Source: Alphaproteobacteria bacterium (lineage in GTDB: Bacteria > Pseudomonadota > Alphaproteobacteria > Micropepsales > Micropepsaceae). From it: a stretch of 64,000 bases of DNA. The stretch's first letter is position 1, and each line of letters opens with the position of its first letter. The position numbers and the translations under genes were made by a program. This document shows positions 8,422 through 17,571 of the stretch, piece after piece. The notes beneath the pieces were generated by a model. The model made no database searches and was not told where the DNA came from. It saw nothing but the letters and a program-made list of their open reading frames with translations. The stretch lies in NCBI GenBank assembly GCA_017307355.1, contig JAFKFG010000019.1, positions 3,426 through 67,425 of the forward strand. Reading direction: 5' to 3'.

Positions 8422-11400
8422 ATGTCGGGCATGAGGGGGATACGAGCAGCGTTTCTCCGCAGTGCCGGTATCCTTGTTCTGACAGCGGGCGTGGCGTGGG
8501 CGCAGAGCGTCAATTTCGCGCTGCCGGCCCAGCCTCTGTCCGATTCCCTGAAAGCCGTCGCCCAGCAGACCGGACAGAACATCTTGTTCACGCCCCAGGC
8601 TGTCGAAGGCCAGGTCGCGCCCGAATTGCGGGGACAGATGAGCGGCCGCGAAGCCGTGAGCGCGCTGCTCAAGGGCACCAATCTGGAGGCCGATCCGGAC
8701 GGCAATGGCGGCTTGATCGTCCATGCCCGGGGCGATACCGCGCGCGCCGAGCCCCAGCGCGGGGCGGCGGGGCGGCCGGCGTCCCCGGCCAGGGCCGGTC
8801 AGCCTTGGCGGTTATCAGCAGCCCACGCCGGTCACGGTGGTTACCGGGGACCAGCTGCGGCGCGATGCGTTCACTGATATCGGCGACGCGATCCGCCAAT
8901 TGCCGGCCTTCGGCGCGTCCTCCAGCCCCAACAATACTTTTGCCGCCAATTACATTGTCAGCGGCACGCCCGGCATCAATGTCGTCAATCTGCGCAACCT
9001 GGGCGTCCTGCGCACGCTGGTCCTGTTCAATGGCCAGCGCGTGGTGGCGTCGGCGCTGAGCGGCGGCGTGGATCTTTCGACCATGCCGACCAGCCTGGTG
9101 CAGCGCATCGACGTGGTGACCGGCGGCGCATCGGCGGCCTGGGGCTCCGATGCCGTTGCCGGCGTGGTCAATGTCATCCTCAACAAGAAATTCGACGGGT
9201 TTGCCGCAAACATCGAAGGCGGCAACAGCTGGCAGGACGATCATCGCTTCTTCAAGGGCGAGATGTCCTACGGCACCGATTTCGACGGCGAGCGCGGCCA
9301 TGTCCTCGGCAGCGTTTCCTACGCCAACAGCCCGGATGCGCTCTTTGTCAGCCAGCGTTCCTGGTACCGCAACATCAAGCTGGTCAACAATCCGCTCTAT
9401 GCGCCGGGCAACGGCCAGCCGCAATATGTTCATGCGGCCAATGTCGGCCTGTCGCAGGCAACCCAGGGCGGCTTAATCACGGCAAGTCCCGCCAATGCAG
9501 CGGGCGCCAATGCGGATGCGTTGCGCGGGATTCAATTCGTCGGTCCGAACGGAACGCCCGCGCCGTTCAATTTCGGTAATATTTCCGGCGCGTATTCCAA
9601 CGGGGGCAGCGGCGAGGGGGCGGAAGGCGATCTCAATCATCTGACCATCCCCATGCGCAGCTTCACATTCTTCGGCTATGGCAGTTACCGGTTGCCCGGC
9701 AATATGATTGCCTCGCTGGAACTGAATTACGGAAAATCCTTTTCCGAGAACAACAGCTTCGCCGCCAACAAATACGGCACCGTCACCATTTTCCGGGACA
9801 ATGCCTATCTCGATCCTTCGATCGGCGCCCGGATGGATGCTTTGGGAATTCCGAGCTTTTCGCTCGGCACCAGCAACCTGAACAATATCGGCAGCAACGG
9901 CGCCCATCTGATCGGCAACAGCCTGTCGGCGGAAGCGCAGACATTGGGCATTCCGGTCTCGACCAACCGGCGCCAGCTTTATCGCGGGGTCTTCAATCTG
10001 GAAGGCGGGATCGGCGACAGCTGGTCGTGGAACGCCTATTACCAGCACGGGGAATCCCGCGTGCGCACGTTGGTCACCAACAATGTCTATACGCCGAACT
10101 ATAATCTGGCGATCGACGCGGTCCGCGTGACCGCGGCCAATGTCGGAACATCCGGGCTGCCGATCGGCTCCATTGCCTGCCGTTCCAGCCTGAGCAATCC
10201 GGGAAATGGCTGCCAGCCGCTCAATCTGTTCGGCACCGGCGTGGCCTCGGCCGCCGCCATCAACTACATCAACGGCCCTGCGCGCGACGGACATGATTAC
10301 CAGCTGGCGGTTCTGAACCAGGACGTCGCGTCGGTGGCGGTGCAAGGCAATTTGCCCTGGTCGCTTGGCGCCGGACCCGTGTCGGTCGCATTCGGCGGCG
10401 AATATCGCAAGGAAGCGGCCCGGGTGACGGCCGATCCCCTGGCCCAGGCCAAGCTGTTCTCGGTGGGGAATTTTTCCGGCTTTTCCGGTCAATATAATGT
10501 CGAGGAAGGCTTCGCCGAAATCGAAGCGCCGCTGCTCAAGGACGATATCGTCCAATCGCTGGAATTCAACAGCGCGGGGCGCATCACCAGCTATTCCACC
10601 AGCGGCCTGGTCGAGACTTGGAAGCTCGGCCTGACCAGCCAGGTCAACCAGGATGTCCGGCTTCGCGCCACTTGGTCCTTCGATATTCGTGCGCCCGATC
10701 TTCAGGAATTGAACAGCGGCGGATTTTCCGTGCTGGGCGTGGCGACCGATCCCAGAACCGGCGCCAATGTGCAGACCTATCAACTGTCCCTGGCCAATCC
10801 CAACCTCAAGCCGGAACAATCGACCACGGTGTCGGGCGGCGTGGTTCTGACGCCGCACTGGTTCGACGGGCTGAATTTATCCGCGGATTGGTATTCGATC
10901 AGCATCAACAAGGCGATCGCCACCATCAGCGCCAGCAAGGTGGTGGCGTATTGCGCCGCGGGGATGCAGGTATATTGCAATCAGCTGGTCTTTGGCGGCC
11001 CCAACGGCGCGCTGTCGCAGATCAATACCCAGCCCATCAACGCCAACCGCCAATCGGTTTCCGGCCTCGATCTTCAGGGCGACTATCGGACCGAGCTTTT
11101 GGCCGGAACCATCGATCTGCATCTGACGGCCAATTACACCGATACCCAGACCCAGACGGCGCAGGGCCGCACCGTTTCCTATGCCGGAAGCATCGGCCCG
11201 GATTCGGGGGTGAGCGGCGGCCCGAAATTCAAATCCACCATTTCGGCGACCTACACGCAGGATGCCTGGCAGGGAACAATCCAGGGGCGATTCATCGGCT
11301 CCGCCAAGCTGAACAATGCTTGGAATTATCTGAACGTGGACGACAACAGCGTGCCGTCCGTCGCCTATCTGGACCTGCGCGGCGCGTACCGCTGGAGCGA

Positions 11401-11563
11401 GAACATCCAGCTTTATGCGGCGATGGATAATGTCTTCAACACGCCGCCGCCGGTGGTGGCGGGAACCACGCTCTCCACCACGCCCTATGACGTTTCGGCC
11501 CGCGACGATATTTACGACGCCATCGGCCGCCAATATCGCATCGGCATCCGCTTCAATTACTAA
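8422..11563 (+). pseudogene. TonB-dependent transducer (signal peptide + STN signalling domain + plug + barrel) interrupted by a +1 frameshift near 8760-8800
   Basis: ORF 8422..8877 follows an RBS (GGAGGGG). It encodes a signal peptide (ILVLTAGVAWAQS) and an STN-type domain (FALPAQPLSDSLKAVAQQTGQNILF...REAVSALLKGTNLEA), then runs into a stop. Plug and barrel (PTPVTVVTGDQLRRDAFTDIGDAIRQLP ... YRIGIRFNY) continue in the next frame as ORF 8723..11563. The frames overlap in a G/C-run region (gcggggcggcggggcggccggcgtccccggcc). This is either a genuine frameshift or a sequencing error. Confidence 0.6.
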
Positions 11564-11565
11564 TC

Positions 11566-12468
11566 CTAACGGGTCTCGATCAGGACCACCCCGGCAGCGA
11601 TCAGAAGGGCGCCGAGACCCTTCTTGACCAGATTGCGCGTGGAAAGATCTTCGCGCCCGAGATTGGGAAAGAAGAAGGTGAGGAGAATGCCGATGGCGAA
11701 AACGAAAAAGGTGGTGGTGGAGGAAATCGCCGACACCAGCGCCACGGGCGCCAGAAGCGCGGCATAGCGGACGCCCAGTCCGGCGCCGAGATTGATCAAT
11801 TCGTTGGCGGCATTGATGCCGGCGACCGCACCGGGGCTGCGGCGGAACAGGCCGACGAACTGATGCCGGTAGCTGGGCCGAAAAAGGAGCGCCATCCCGA
11901 ACAGGCCTTCCCCCACAAAGGTCCAGAATGTGGTGGTCCAGAAATCGTCACGCACGGCGAAGAATTTGAACAGGACCGTCGACAGCGCCAGCACGAACGT
12001 CGCCGCCAGCATCAAAAGCACCAGCTTCGCGTTGAAGCGTCGCGGCCCGCCCTGAAACGACAATCCCAGCGCTCCGGCCACGATCAGGCCGCCGCCCAGC
12101 AACTGGGACGTGCCCAGCCGCTCGTGCAGGAAAAGATATCCCAGCAGGAAGGTGAACAGGGTGGAAGCCTGGAACAGCGGCGCCACCACCGAGGCTTCCT
12201 CGCTCTGGATCGCCCGCAGATAGAAAAGCATCGCGCCCATGTAGAGAATGCCCGAAACCGTCATTACCGCGATGGCGCCGGGCGCGGGCTTGAGAATGGC
12301 GGGTTCGATCCACCAGATGATCGGCAATAGCGCCACGCCGGTCAGCGCGGTGAACAGCATCAGGACCGCGGTGTCGCTATCGCGGAAATAGCGGTCCACC
12401 AGATATTTATCGATATGGGTGGAGATCGCCCAAGAAACCGGCCCCAGAAAGGCAAGAAGCAACCACAT
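11566..12468 (-). CDS. EamA/DMT-superfamily transporter
   Basis: 300-aa polytopic membrane protein with about 10 predicted TM helices arranged as two EamA-like halves. Confidence 0.8.
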   Translation of the reverse strand: MWLLLAFLGPVSWAISTHIDKYLVDRYFRDSDTAVLMLFTALTGVALLPIIWWIEPAILKPAPGAIAVMTVSGILYMGAMLFYLRAIQSEEASVVAPLFQASTLFTFLLGYLFLHERLGTSQLLGGGLIVAGALGLSFQGGPRRFNAKLVLLMLAATFVLALSTVLFKFFAVRDDFWTTTFWTFVGEGLFGMALLFRPSYRHQFVGLFRRSPGAVAGINAANELINLGAGLGVRYAALLAPVALVSAISSTTTFFVFAIGILLTFFFPNLGREDLSTRNLVKKGLGALLIAAGVVLIETR

Positions 12469-12576
12469 GCGGGCGAAGACTAGTCTGGCCGGCGCGAATG
12501 CCCAACCGACGGATGAATTCGCGCAATCTGAATTTTGCGCGGCTGCCGATGCGTGGAGCCCGCCGAATGAAAGTGA

Positions 12577-12912
12577 TCAGCTGGTCTGCGGCGGCGGCGA
12601 CCGGGGCGGCACTTCGATGCGATAGAGCTTGAGGGCGAGCCAGCCTTTCGGCTCGAAGCAAAGCGCGTCGGTCCCGTCCGCCAGATGCTGGCCCCGGACC
12701 AAGGCGCTCATGCCGCAAACCACCCCGTCGTTCCAGCCGATGAACCGGTAACCGGCCTTATCCATGCAACTCTGGATTGTCCGGAAAGGCTCTCCCGCGC
12801 CGGTGCGCGGGGCCGTGGCCTCGCAGGCCGTGAGCTGGGCCTTTTGGTCGGAAAAACAGCCTGCCAGGGGCAGCAACAGCAGCAATGGCAGGAAAGTGCG
12901 GATCTTTGCCAT
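12577..12912 (-). CDS. Hypothetical Cys-containing lipoprotein
   Basis: ATG 12912 gives MAKIRTFLPLLLLLPLAGCFSD with a lipobox (LAGC). Four further Cys lie in the ~90-aa mature part. No recognised family. Confidence 0.5.
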   Translation of the reverse strand: MAKIRTFLPLLLLLPLAGCFSDQKAQLTACEATAPRTGAGEPFRTIQSCMDKAGYRFIGWNDGVVCGMSALVRGQHLADGTDALCFEPKGWLALKLYRIEVPPRSPPPQTS

Positions 12913-13044
12913 AAGCGCCTCGATTTCAGGCCAAAATCCTAGCCCAAAGGTGGGTACCGCCAAAGGGTAACCAAGCAAAAACTTTATATTTTTTTGGACA
13001 TCTCGCGCTTGGCGGGGGGCCGTCCGCCATGCCTAAATTTCCCT

Positions 13045-13452
13045 ATGCGCAAACGCACCACAGACGGGCATGAGGCCCAAAGCCCCGGGGGAAAGCTGCA
13101 CCTGACCCCCGATTGCCTGGAAAATGCCTATGAATACCTGCGCACCACATTGCCGTTCCGGCGGATGAACCTTCCGCATGCGGATAATCTCGTTTTCCGG
13201 GTGATGGGCGCGCGGGACCGTTTCGGCCATTTCCGCGGGCGCATCAAGACCAAGCCGGAACTGAATGAAATCGGCGTCTCGATCCGGGTGGTCAAATCCA
13301 CCGACCTGCTGATGGCGACCATGGCCCATGAGATGATCCATCTCTATCAGCACGAGAATGGCAGTTGCACCCGCTCATCGCACAATTCGGAATTCGAGCG
13401 CATCGCGGCCCGCGTCTGCCGCATTCACGGCTTCGACCGCGAGACTTTTTAG
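13045..13452 (+). CDS. SprT-like zinc metalloprotease-domain protein (minimal, 135 aa)
   Basis: HExxH motif in an SprT-like context (LLMATMAHEMIHLYQHENGSCTRSSHNSEFERIAARV). ATG 13045 chosen; the listed ORF starts at 12994. Confidence 0.65.
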   Translation: MRKRTTDGHEAQSPGGKLHLTPDCLENAYEYLRTTLPFRRMNLPHADNLVFRVMGARDRFGHFRGRIKTKPELNEIGVSIRVVKSTDLLMATMAHEMIHLYQHENGSCTRSSHNSEFERIAARVCRIHGFDRETF

Positions 13453-13456
13453 CGGG

Positions 13457-13783
13457 CTAGCGTTTCTTCTTTCCGAATTTCTCGCGCAAGGCATCCTTGG
13501 CGCGTTCCAGCACGCGCTTCTGCTTGGCGGGCAGGTCTTTGCCGGCCCGGTTGATATAGAAAGTCAGCATCGACATCGCGGAGCGATAGGGCGTCGATTT
13601 GCGCCGATGGCTGCGTTCGGCCGACCGCTTGAGGGACGCGGCGATCGTGTCCGGATTGCTGCCGGTAAAAATCCTGTTCTTCAGGTCCAGCGCATTGGAG
13701 CGGCGGGTGACGGCGCCCGACCAGCGTGCTTTCTTTGTCGTGCTTTTGCGTTTGCGGCGCGTCGTCATCGATCCGACTCGCAC
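13457..13783 (-). CDS. DUF3175 domain-containing protein
   Basis: The basic N-terminus and the conserved core SLKRSAERSHRRKSTPYRSAMSMLTFYINRAGKDLPAKQKRVLERAK match my recollection of the DUF3175 family. Confidence 0.75.
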   Translation of the reverse strand: MRVGSMTTRRKRKSTTKKARWSGAVTRRSNALDLKNRIFTGSNPDTIAASLKRSAERSHRRKSTPYRSAMSMLTFYINRAGKDLPAKQKRVLERAKDALREKFGKKKR

Positions 13784-13843
13784 GGCGAGGCGATGAAGCG
13801 AAAAATTCCGGGCTGTGGAGATTTTGACGCCATATTGCCTGCT

Positions 13844-13999
13844 TTATAGGCGCCCCGCCAAAATAAGTATCAGCAGTGTAATGAGCACCAATCCCAATCC
13901 GCCGGACGGGCCATAACCCCAGCCGGCGCTGTACGGCCAAAGCGGTATCGAACCGAGAACCGCAAGTATCAGAATAATCAGCAAAATAAGACGCAGCAT
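13844..13999 (-). CDS. DUF3309-family small membrane protein
   Basis: ATG 13999 gives MLRLILLIILILAVLGSIPLWPYSAGWGYGPSGGLGLVLITLLILILAGRL, the characteristic two-helix DUF3309 pattern. The listed ORF extends to 14056. Confidence 0.7.
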   Translation of the reverse strand: MLRLILLIILILAVLGSIPLWPYSAGWGYGPSGGLGLVLITLLILILAGRL

Positions 14000-14057
14000 G
14001 GGATGGTCCGGCCGGTTCGGTTCCTCCAACAACGCTGCGTCCGGCGAATGGTTCATG

Positions 14058-14086
14058 AAAAAGGCGCGGCGCGTCGGAGCGCCGCG
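14058..14086 (-). terminator. Intrinsic-terminator-like hairpin oriented on the minus strand
   Basis: 8-bp GC stem (14065-14072 pairs with 14079-14086) and a 6-nt loop. On the minus strand it is followed by CC and then T5 (complement of A14058-14062). No annotated minus-strand gene lies upstream of it. Confidence 0.45.
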
Positions 14087-14170
14087 TTGTCACCGATCAG
14101 GCCCGTGGCCAGTCTTTCCGGCATCGCGGCCGATCGACCGCAAAACGGCAATTCTTAAGGGGCGACCATA

Positions 14171-15388
14171 GTGATAAACGGATCCGACACCGCGTGGCTG
14201 ATGACCGCCACCGTCCTGGTGCTGTTGATGACTCTGCCGGCGCTGGCCCTGTTCTATGGCGGCCTGGTTCAGGCCAAGAATATCCTCTCCGTGCTGGTGC
14301 AATGTTGCGCGGTGGCCTGTGTTGCCTCGGTGCTGTGGTTCGGCTGCGGCTATAGCCTGGCGTATTCCGGCACGGGCGACTGGCTGGGCGATCTGTCCGC
14401 GGCGTTCCTGCAGAATGGCGGCCGCGCCATGTTGCACGCGGGGACCAACATTCCCGAAAGCGTCTATGTGATGTTCCAGATGACCTTCGCGATCATCACG
14501 CCGGCCTTGATCATCGGCGCCTATGTCGAGCGCATCCGCTTCAGCGCGGTGCTGTGGATTTCGGCGCTCTGGCTTCTGATCGTCTATGTGCCGGTGGCGC
14601 ATTGGGTTTGGGGCGGCGGCTGGCTGGCAAAGGCGGGCGTGATCGATTTTGCCGGCGGCATCGTCGTCCATGTCACGGCAGGCATTTCCGCGCTGGTGGT
14701 CGCCTGGACTTTGAAGCCGCGCATCGAATTTCCCAAATCGGTCCGCCCGCCGCACGCGCCCTGGATGGTGATGGTGGGCGCTTCGCTTCTGTGGGTGGGA
14801 TGGTTCGGTTTCAATGCCGGAAGCGCGGTCGCCGCCAATGCCGATGCCGGCATGGCGATGCTCACCACGCATCTGTCGGCGGCAGCCGCGACTTTGGTCT
14901 GGATGGCGATCGAATGGGTGTCGTTCGGCAAGCCCAGCCTGGTGGGCGCGGTGACGGGCACCATCGCGGGCCTGGCGACGATCACGCCGGCGGCGGGCAA
15001 TGTCGGCCCGATGGGCGCGGTGATCCTCGGCGCCGCCGCCAGTCTGGTCTGTTACGGCGCGGTGCATATCGTCAAACGCGTTCTGGTGGTGGATGACGCG
15101 CTGGACGTGCTGGGCGTTCATGGCGTGGGGGGCGCGCTGGGCACGCTGACTTTACCGTTCCTGGCAGGGCTGGGCGTGGGCGGCGCGCCGCTGCACCATG
15201 CCATGGGCGCTCAGTTTTTGGTGCAGGCGGAAGGCGTTGTCGCGGTCGCGGCATGGTCCGCGGTGGCGACCTTCGCGATCACCAAAATCGCGGACCTGAT
15301 CGTGGGCCTCAGGGTCGACCGCGACCATGAAATCCAGGGCCTGGATTTCGCGTCGCACGGCGAGAGCGGCTATCACACCAGCCGCTGA
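14171..15388 (+). CDS. amtB: Ammonium transporter (Amt family)
   Basis: 405 aa with a GTG start. N-terminus INGSDTAWLMTATVLVLLMTLPALALFYGG and blocks DFAGGIVVHVTAGISAL and GVHGVGGALGTL are Amt signatures. Confidence 0.9.
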   Translation: MINGSDTAWLMTATVLVLLMTLPALALFYGGLVQAKNILSVLVQCCAVACVASVLWFGCGYSLAYSGTGDWLGDLSAAFLQNGGRAMLHAGTNIPESVYVMFQMTFAIITPALIIGAYVERIRFSAVLWISALWLLIVYVPVAHWVWGGGWLAKAGVIDFAGGIVVHVTAGISALVVAWTLKPRIEFPKSVRPPHAPWMVMVGASLLWVGWFGFNAGSAVAANADAGMAMLTTHLSAAAATLVWMAIEWVSFGKPSLVGAVTGTIAGLATITPAAGNVGPMGAVILGAAASLVCYGAVHIVKRVLVVDDALDVLGVHGVGGALGTLTLPFLAGLGVGGAPLHHAMGAQFLVQAEGVVAVAAWSAVATFAITKIADLIVGLRVDRDHEIQGLDFASHGESGYHTSR

Positions 15389-15491
15389 CAAAAGGCAGAT
15401 CGGAACCTTTCGGGGCGATGTAACCGGCCGCGAATGGGCGCGAACTGATCGGGGAATTCGGCTAGGATCGAACTCTCGAAAGGAACCGGCC

Positions 15492-16169
15492 ATGAAACCT
15501 GCGTCCTTGCTTGCCGCCGCTGCCGTGCTGGCGCTTGCCGCTTCGGCCCGGGCGGACGATCTCGATACCAAAATTCCGGCGCCGCTTCTGGATCCGGTGG
15601 GTACCGCTTCCAGCGAAACCGTGGTCTTGGCCGGAGGCTGTTTCTGGGGCCAGCAGGCGGTGTTCGAGCATGTGAAGGGCGTCACCAAAGTGGTGGCAGG
15701 CTATTCCGGGGGCGCCAAGGAAACCGCCACTTATCCGCAGGTGATCACCGAGACCACCGGCCATGCCGAAGCGGTCCAGATCACCTTCGATCCCCGGCAG
15801 GTTTCATTCGGCACATTGCTGCAGGTCTATTTTTCCGTGGCGCATGATCCGACCCAGCTGAATTTCCAGGGCCCGGACGAAGGCACCAGCTATCGTTCGG
15901 AAATCTTCGCCGCCAGCCCCGTCCAGGAAAAGACGGCCCGCGCCTATATCGCCCAGCTCGGCGCGGCGCATGTTTTCAGCCAACCCATCGTCACCAAGGT
16001 CGGGACGCTGAAAGGCTTTTATGCCGCCGAGGCCTATCATCAGGATTATCTGATCCATAATCCCACCCAGCCCTATATCGTGATCAACGATCTGCCCAAG
16101 CTGGCCGCGCTCAAGGCGGTCTGGCCGGCGCTTTACCGGCCGGACCCGGTGCGCCTGGCGAGCCGCTAA
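15492..16169 (+). CDS. msrA: Peptide-methionine (S)-S-oxide reductase MsrA, exported form
   Basis: ATG 15492 gives a Sec-type signal peptide (MKPASLLAAAAVLALAASARADD). Catalytic GCFWG motif is present, followed by VVAGYSGG. The only Cys in the protein is the catalytic one. Confidence 0.9.
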   Translation: MKPASLLAAAAVLALAASARADDLDTKIPAPLLDPVGTASSETVVLAGGCFWGQQAVFEHVKGVTKVVAGYSGGAKETATYPQVITETTGHAEAVQITFDPRQVSFGTLLQVYFSVAHDPTQLNFQGPDEGTSYRSEIFAASPVQEKTARAYIAQLGAAHVFSQPIVTKVGTLKGFYAAEAYHQDYLIHNPTQPYIVINDLPKLAALKAVWPALYRPDPVRLASR

Positions 16170-16354
16170 AGCCTTAAAATGCTGTCATGAAAGGTGGGCA
16201 GGACCTTGAGTGCCCGCGGCGGAAAGGGTTACGCGGCGGTTTCCTTTGCCAGGACGATCTGCTAACTCGTGCCCCGGTTTTGAGGCGCGAATCCGCGAAG
16301 GGGCGGTTTTCGCTGGATTTTCCCCAAGGCGAGAGCATCAAGGCGAGAGTATCC

Positions 16355-16924
16355 ATGACAAATCTGACCCAAAAGCTGGTCATCGGCGCCGCCACCCTGG
16401 TCGTCGGGCTTGTGCTCGGCTGGGCCGGGCGGGGCGTGATCGGCTACAACACTTCCACCCAATTCATGACCAGCTTCGAATCCTGGCGCGTGGCCTGTCC
16501 CGCGGCGGATCAGAAGGGCGTGAACTGCGAAATGATTCAGGACGTGGTGGACAATGAGAGCCATCAGGAACTGGTCCGCATCGCCATCGGCAAGCTGCCC
16601 GACGGCAAGCCGATCATGGACCTCACCATGCCGCTCGGCGTCTCGCTGGAGCATGATGTCGGCCTGGTGCTGGGCACCGAACCTGCCCGCACCGTGAAGT
16701 ATCGCACCTGCCTGGCGCAGGGCTGCATCGCCGATTTCCCCCTCGACGACAAGCTGCAGGCGTCGCTGAGCGCGGGCAAGGACGGAAACATCCTGATCAC
16801 CGGCCTGACCAGCGACAAGCCGATCGCGATTCCATTGTCGCTCAAGGGTTATGGCGCCGCCCGTCGCGTCTATGAGAATGGCGAAGCCAAGCGTAATTCC
16901 TGGTTCTGGAGAATGTGGTCATGA
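16355..16924 (+). CDS. Invasion-associated locus B (IalB) family protein, membrane-anchored
   Basis: ATG 16355. N-terminal TM anchor (LVIGAATLVVGLVLGW) and IalB-like core with four Cys (WRVACPAADQKGVNCEMIQ; YRTCLAQGCIADF). Confidence 0.8.
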   Translation: MTNLTQKLVIGAATLVVGLVLGWAGRGVIGYNTSTQFMTSFESWRVACPAADQKGVNCEMIQDVVDNESHQELVRIAIGKLPDGKPIMDLTMPLGVSLEHDVGLVLGTEPARTVKYRTCLAQGCIADFPLDDKLQASLSAGKDGNILITGLTSDKPIAIPLSLKGYGAARRVYENGEAKRNSWFWRMWS

Positions 16925-17493
16925 AGTTTTCGCATCTGTTGAGCGGACTGGCGCTGCTGGCGCTGGGTTCGGGCGCCGCGCTGGCGCAGCAGGCACAGGC
17001 TCCGGCCGCGCCGCCGGCCCCGCCGGAGGTCAAGCAGATCGGCGACTGGCAGGTCCGCTGCTTCCCGGTCCAGAGCCCGTCGCCTTGCGACATGTTCCAG
17101 CAGCAGGGTGACGAGCGCACCAAGCAGCGCATTCTGGCGCTGTCGATCGCCTTCGATCCCGCGGCCAACATGCATCTGATCCAGATCGTGGTCCCGCTGG
17201 GAATTTCGGTGGGACAGGGCGTGGTGATCCATACCAGCACCTACACATCGAAGGTCATGCCGTACCGCCGTTGCGACCGGGCCGGCTGCTATGTCGAGCG
17301 GCCGCTGGACAATGACGTGATCGAACAGCTGACCCATGCCGGCGACAGCGCAATGGTGAAGATCGTGGCCGATGACGGCAAGAAGTACGACCTGAAAGTG
17401 CCGCTGAACGGCTTCGCCGCGGCCCATGATTCCATGAGCGAGCAGGCGCGGCAGAAGGCCAAGCCACTTCCTCAGCAGGCGCCGGCCAAATAG
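16921..17493 (+). CDS. Invasion-associated locus B (IalB) family protein, periplasmic
   Basis: ATG 16921 overlaps the upstream stop (ATGA). Cleavable signal peptide (MKFSHLLSGLALLALGSGAALAQQ). Same four-Cys pattern (WQVRCFPVQSPSPCDMFQ; YRRCDRAGCYVERP). Confidence 0.8.
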   Translation: MKFSHLLSGLALLALGSGAALAQQAQAPAAPPAPPEVKQIGDWQVRCFPVQSPSPCDMFQQQGDERTKQRILALSIAFDPAANMHLIQIVVPLGISVGQGVVIHTSTYTSKVMPYRRCDRAGCYVERPLDNDVIEQLTHAGDSAMVKIVADDGKKYDLKVPLNGFAAAHDSMSEQARQKAKPLPQQAPAK

Positions 17494-17513
17494 TCACCCG
17501 GACAACAGGGAAT

Positions 17514-17545
17514 AAAAAAGCCGCCGGGCGACCGGCGGCTTTTTG
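17514..17545. terminator. Bidirectional intrinsic terminator between ialB and msrB
   Basis: A6 run, then an 8-bp GC stem (17520-17527 pairs with 17532-17539) with loop GCGA, then a T5 run. It lies between convergent genes. Confidence 0.75.
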
Positions 17546-17571
17546 TTTGCGCGGGAAAATCGTCTTGGCCG

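Noticed and set aside
14106-14121. Possible sigma-54 (-24/-12) promoter TGGCCAGTCTTTCCGG upstream of amtB.
   Set aside because: GG is present at -24, but the -12 element reads CG rather than GC at the required spacing, so it is not a convincing match. No NtrC-type upstream dyad was recognised.
14090-15121. 343-aa minus-strand ORF antisense to amtB that stops just before the orphan terminator hairpin.
   Set aside because: The product is His/Arg/Asp-rich junk (…RSAHHHHPGRVRRADRF…) with no domain. The terminator is better explained by a short non-coding transcript or a leader structure.
14171-15388. amtB without an adjacent glnK (PII) gene.
   Set aside because: It is unusual relative to the common glnK-amtB operon, but stand-alone amt paralogues are frequent. 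The absence within one window says nothing about the genome.
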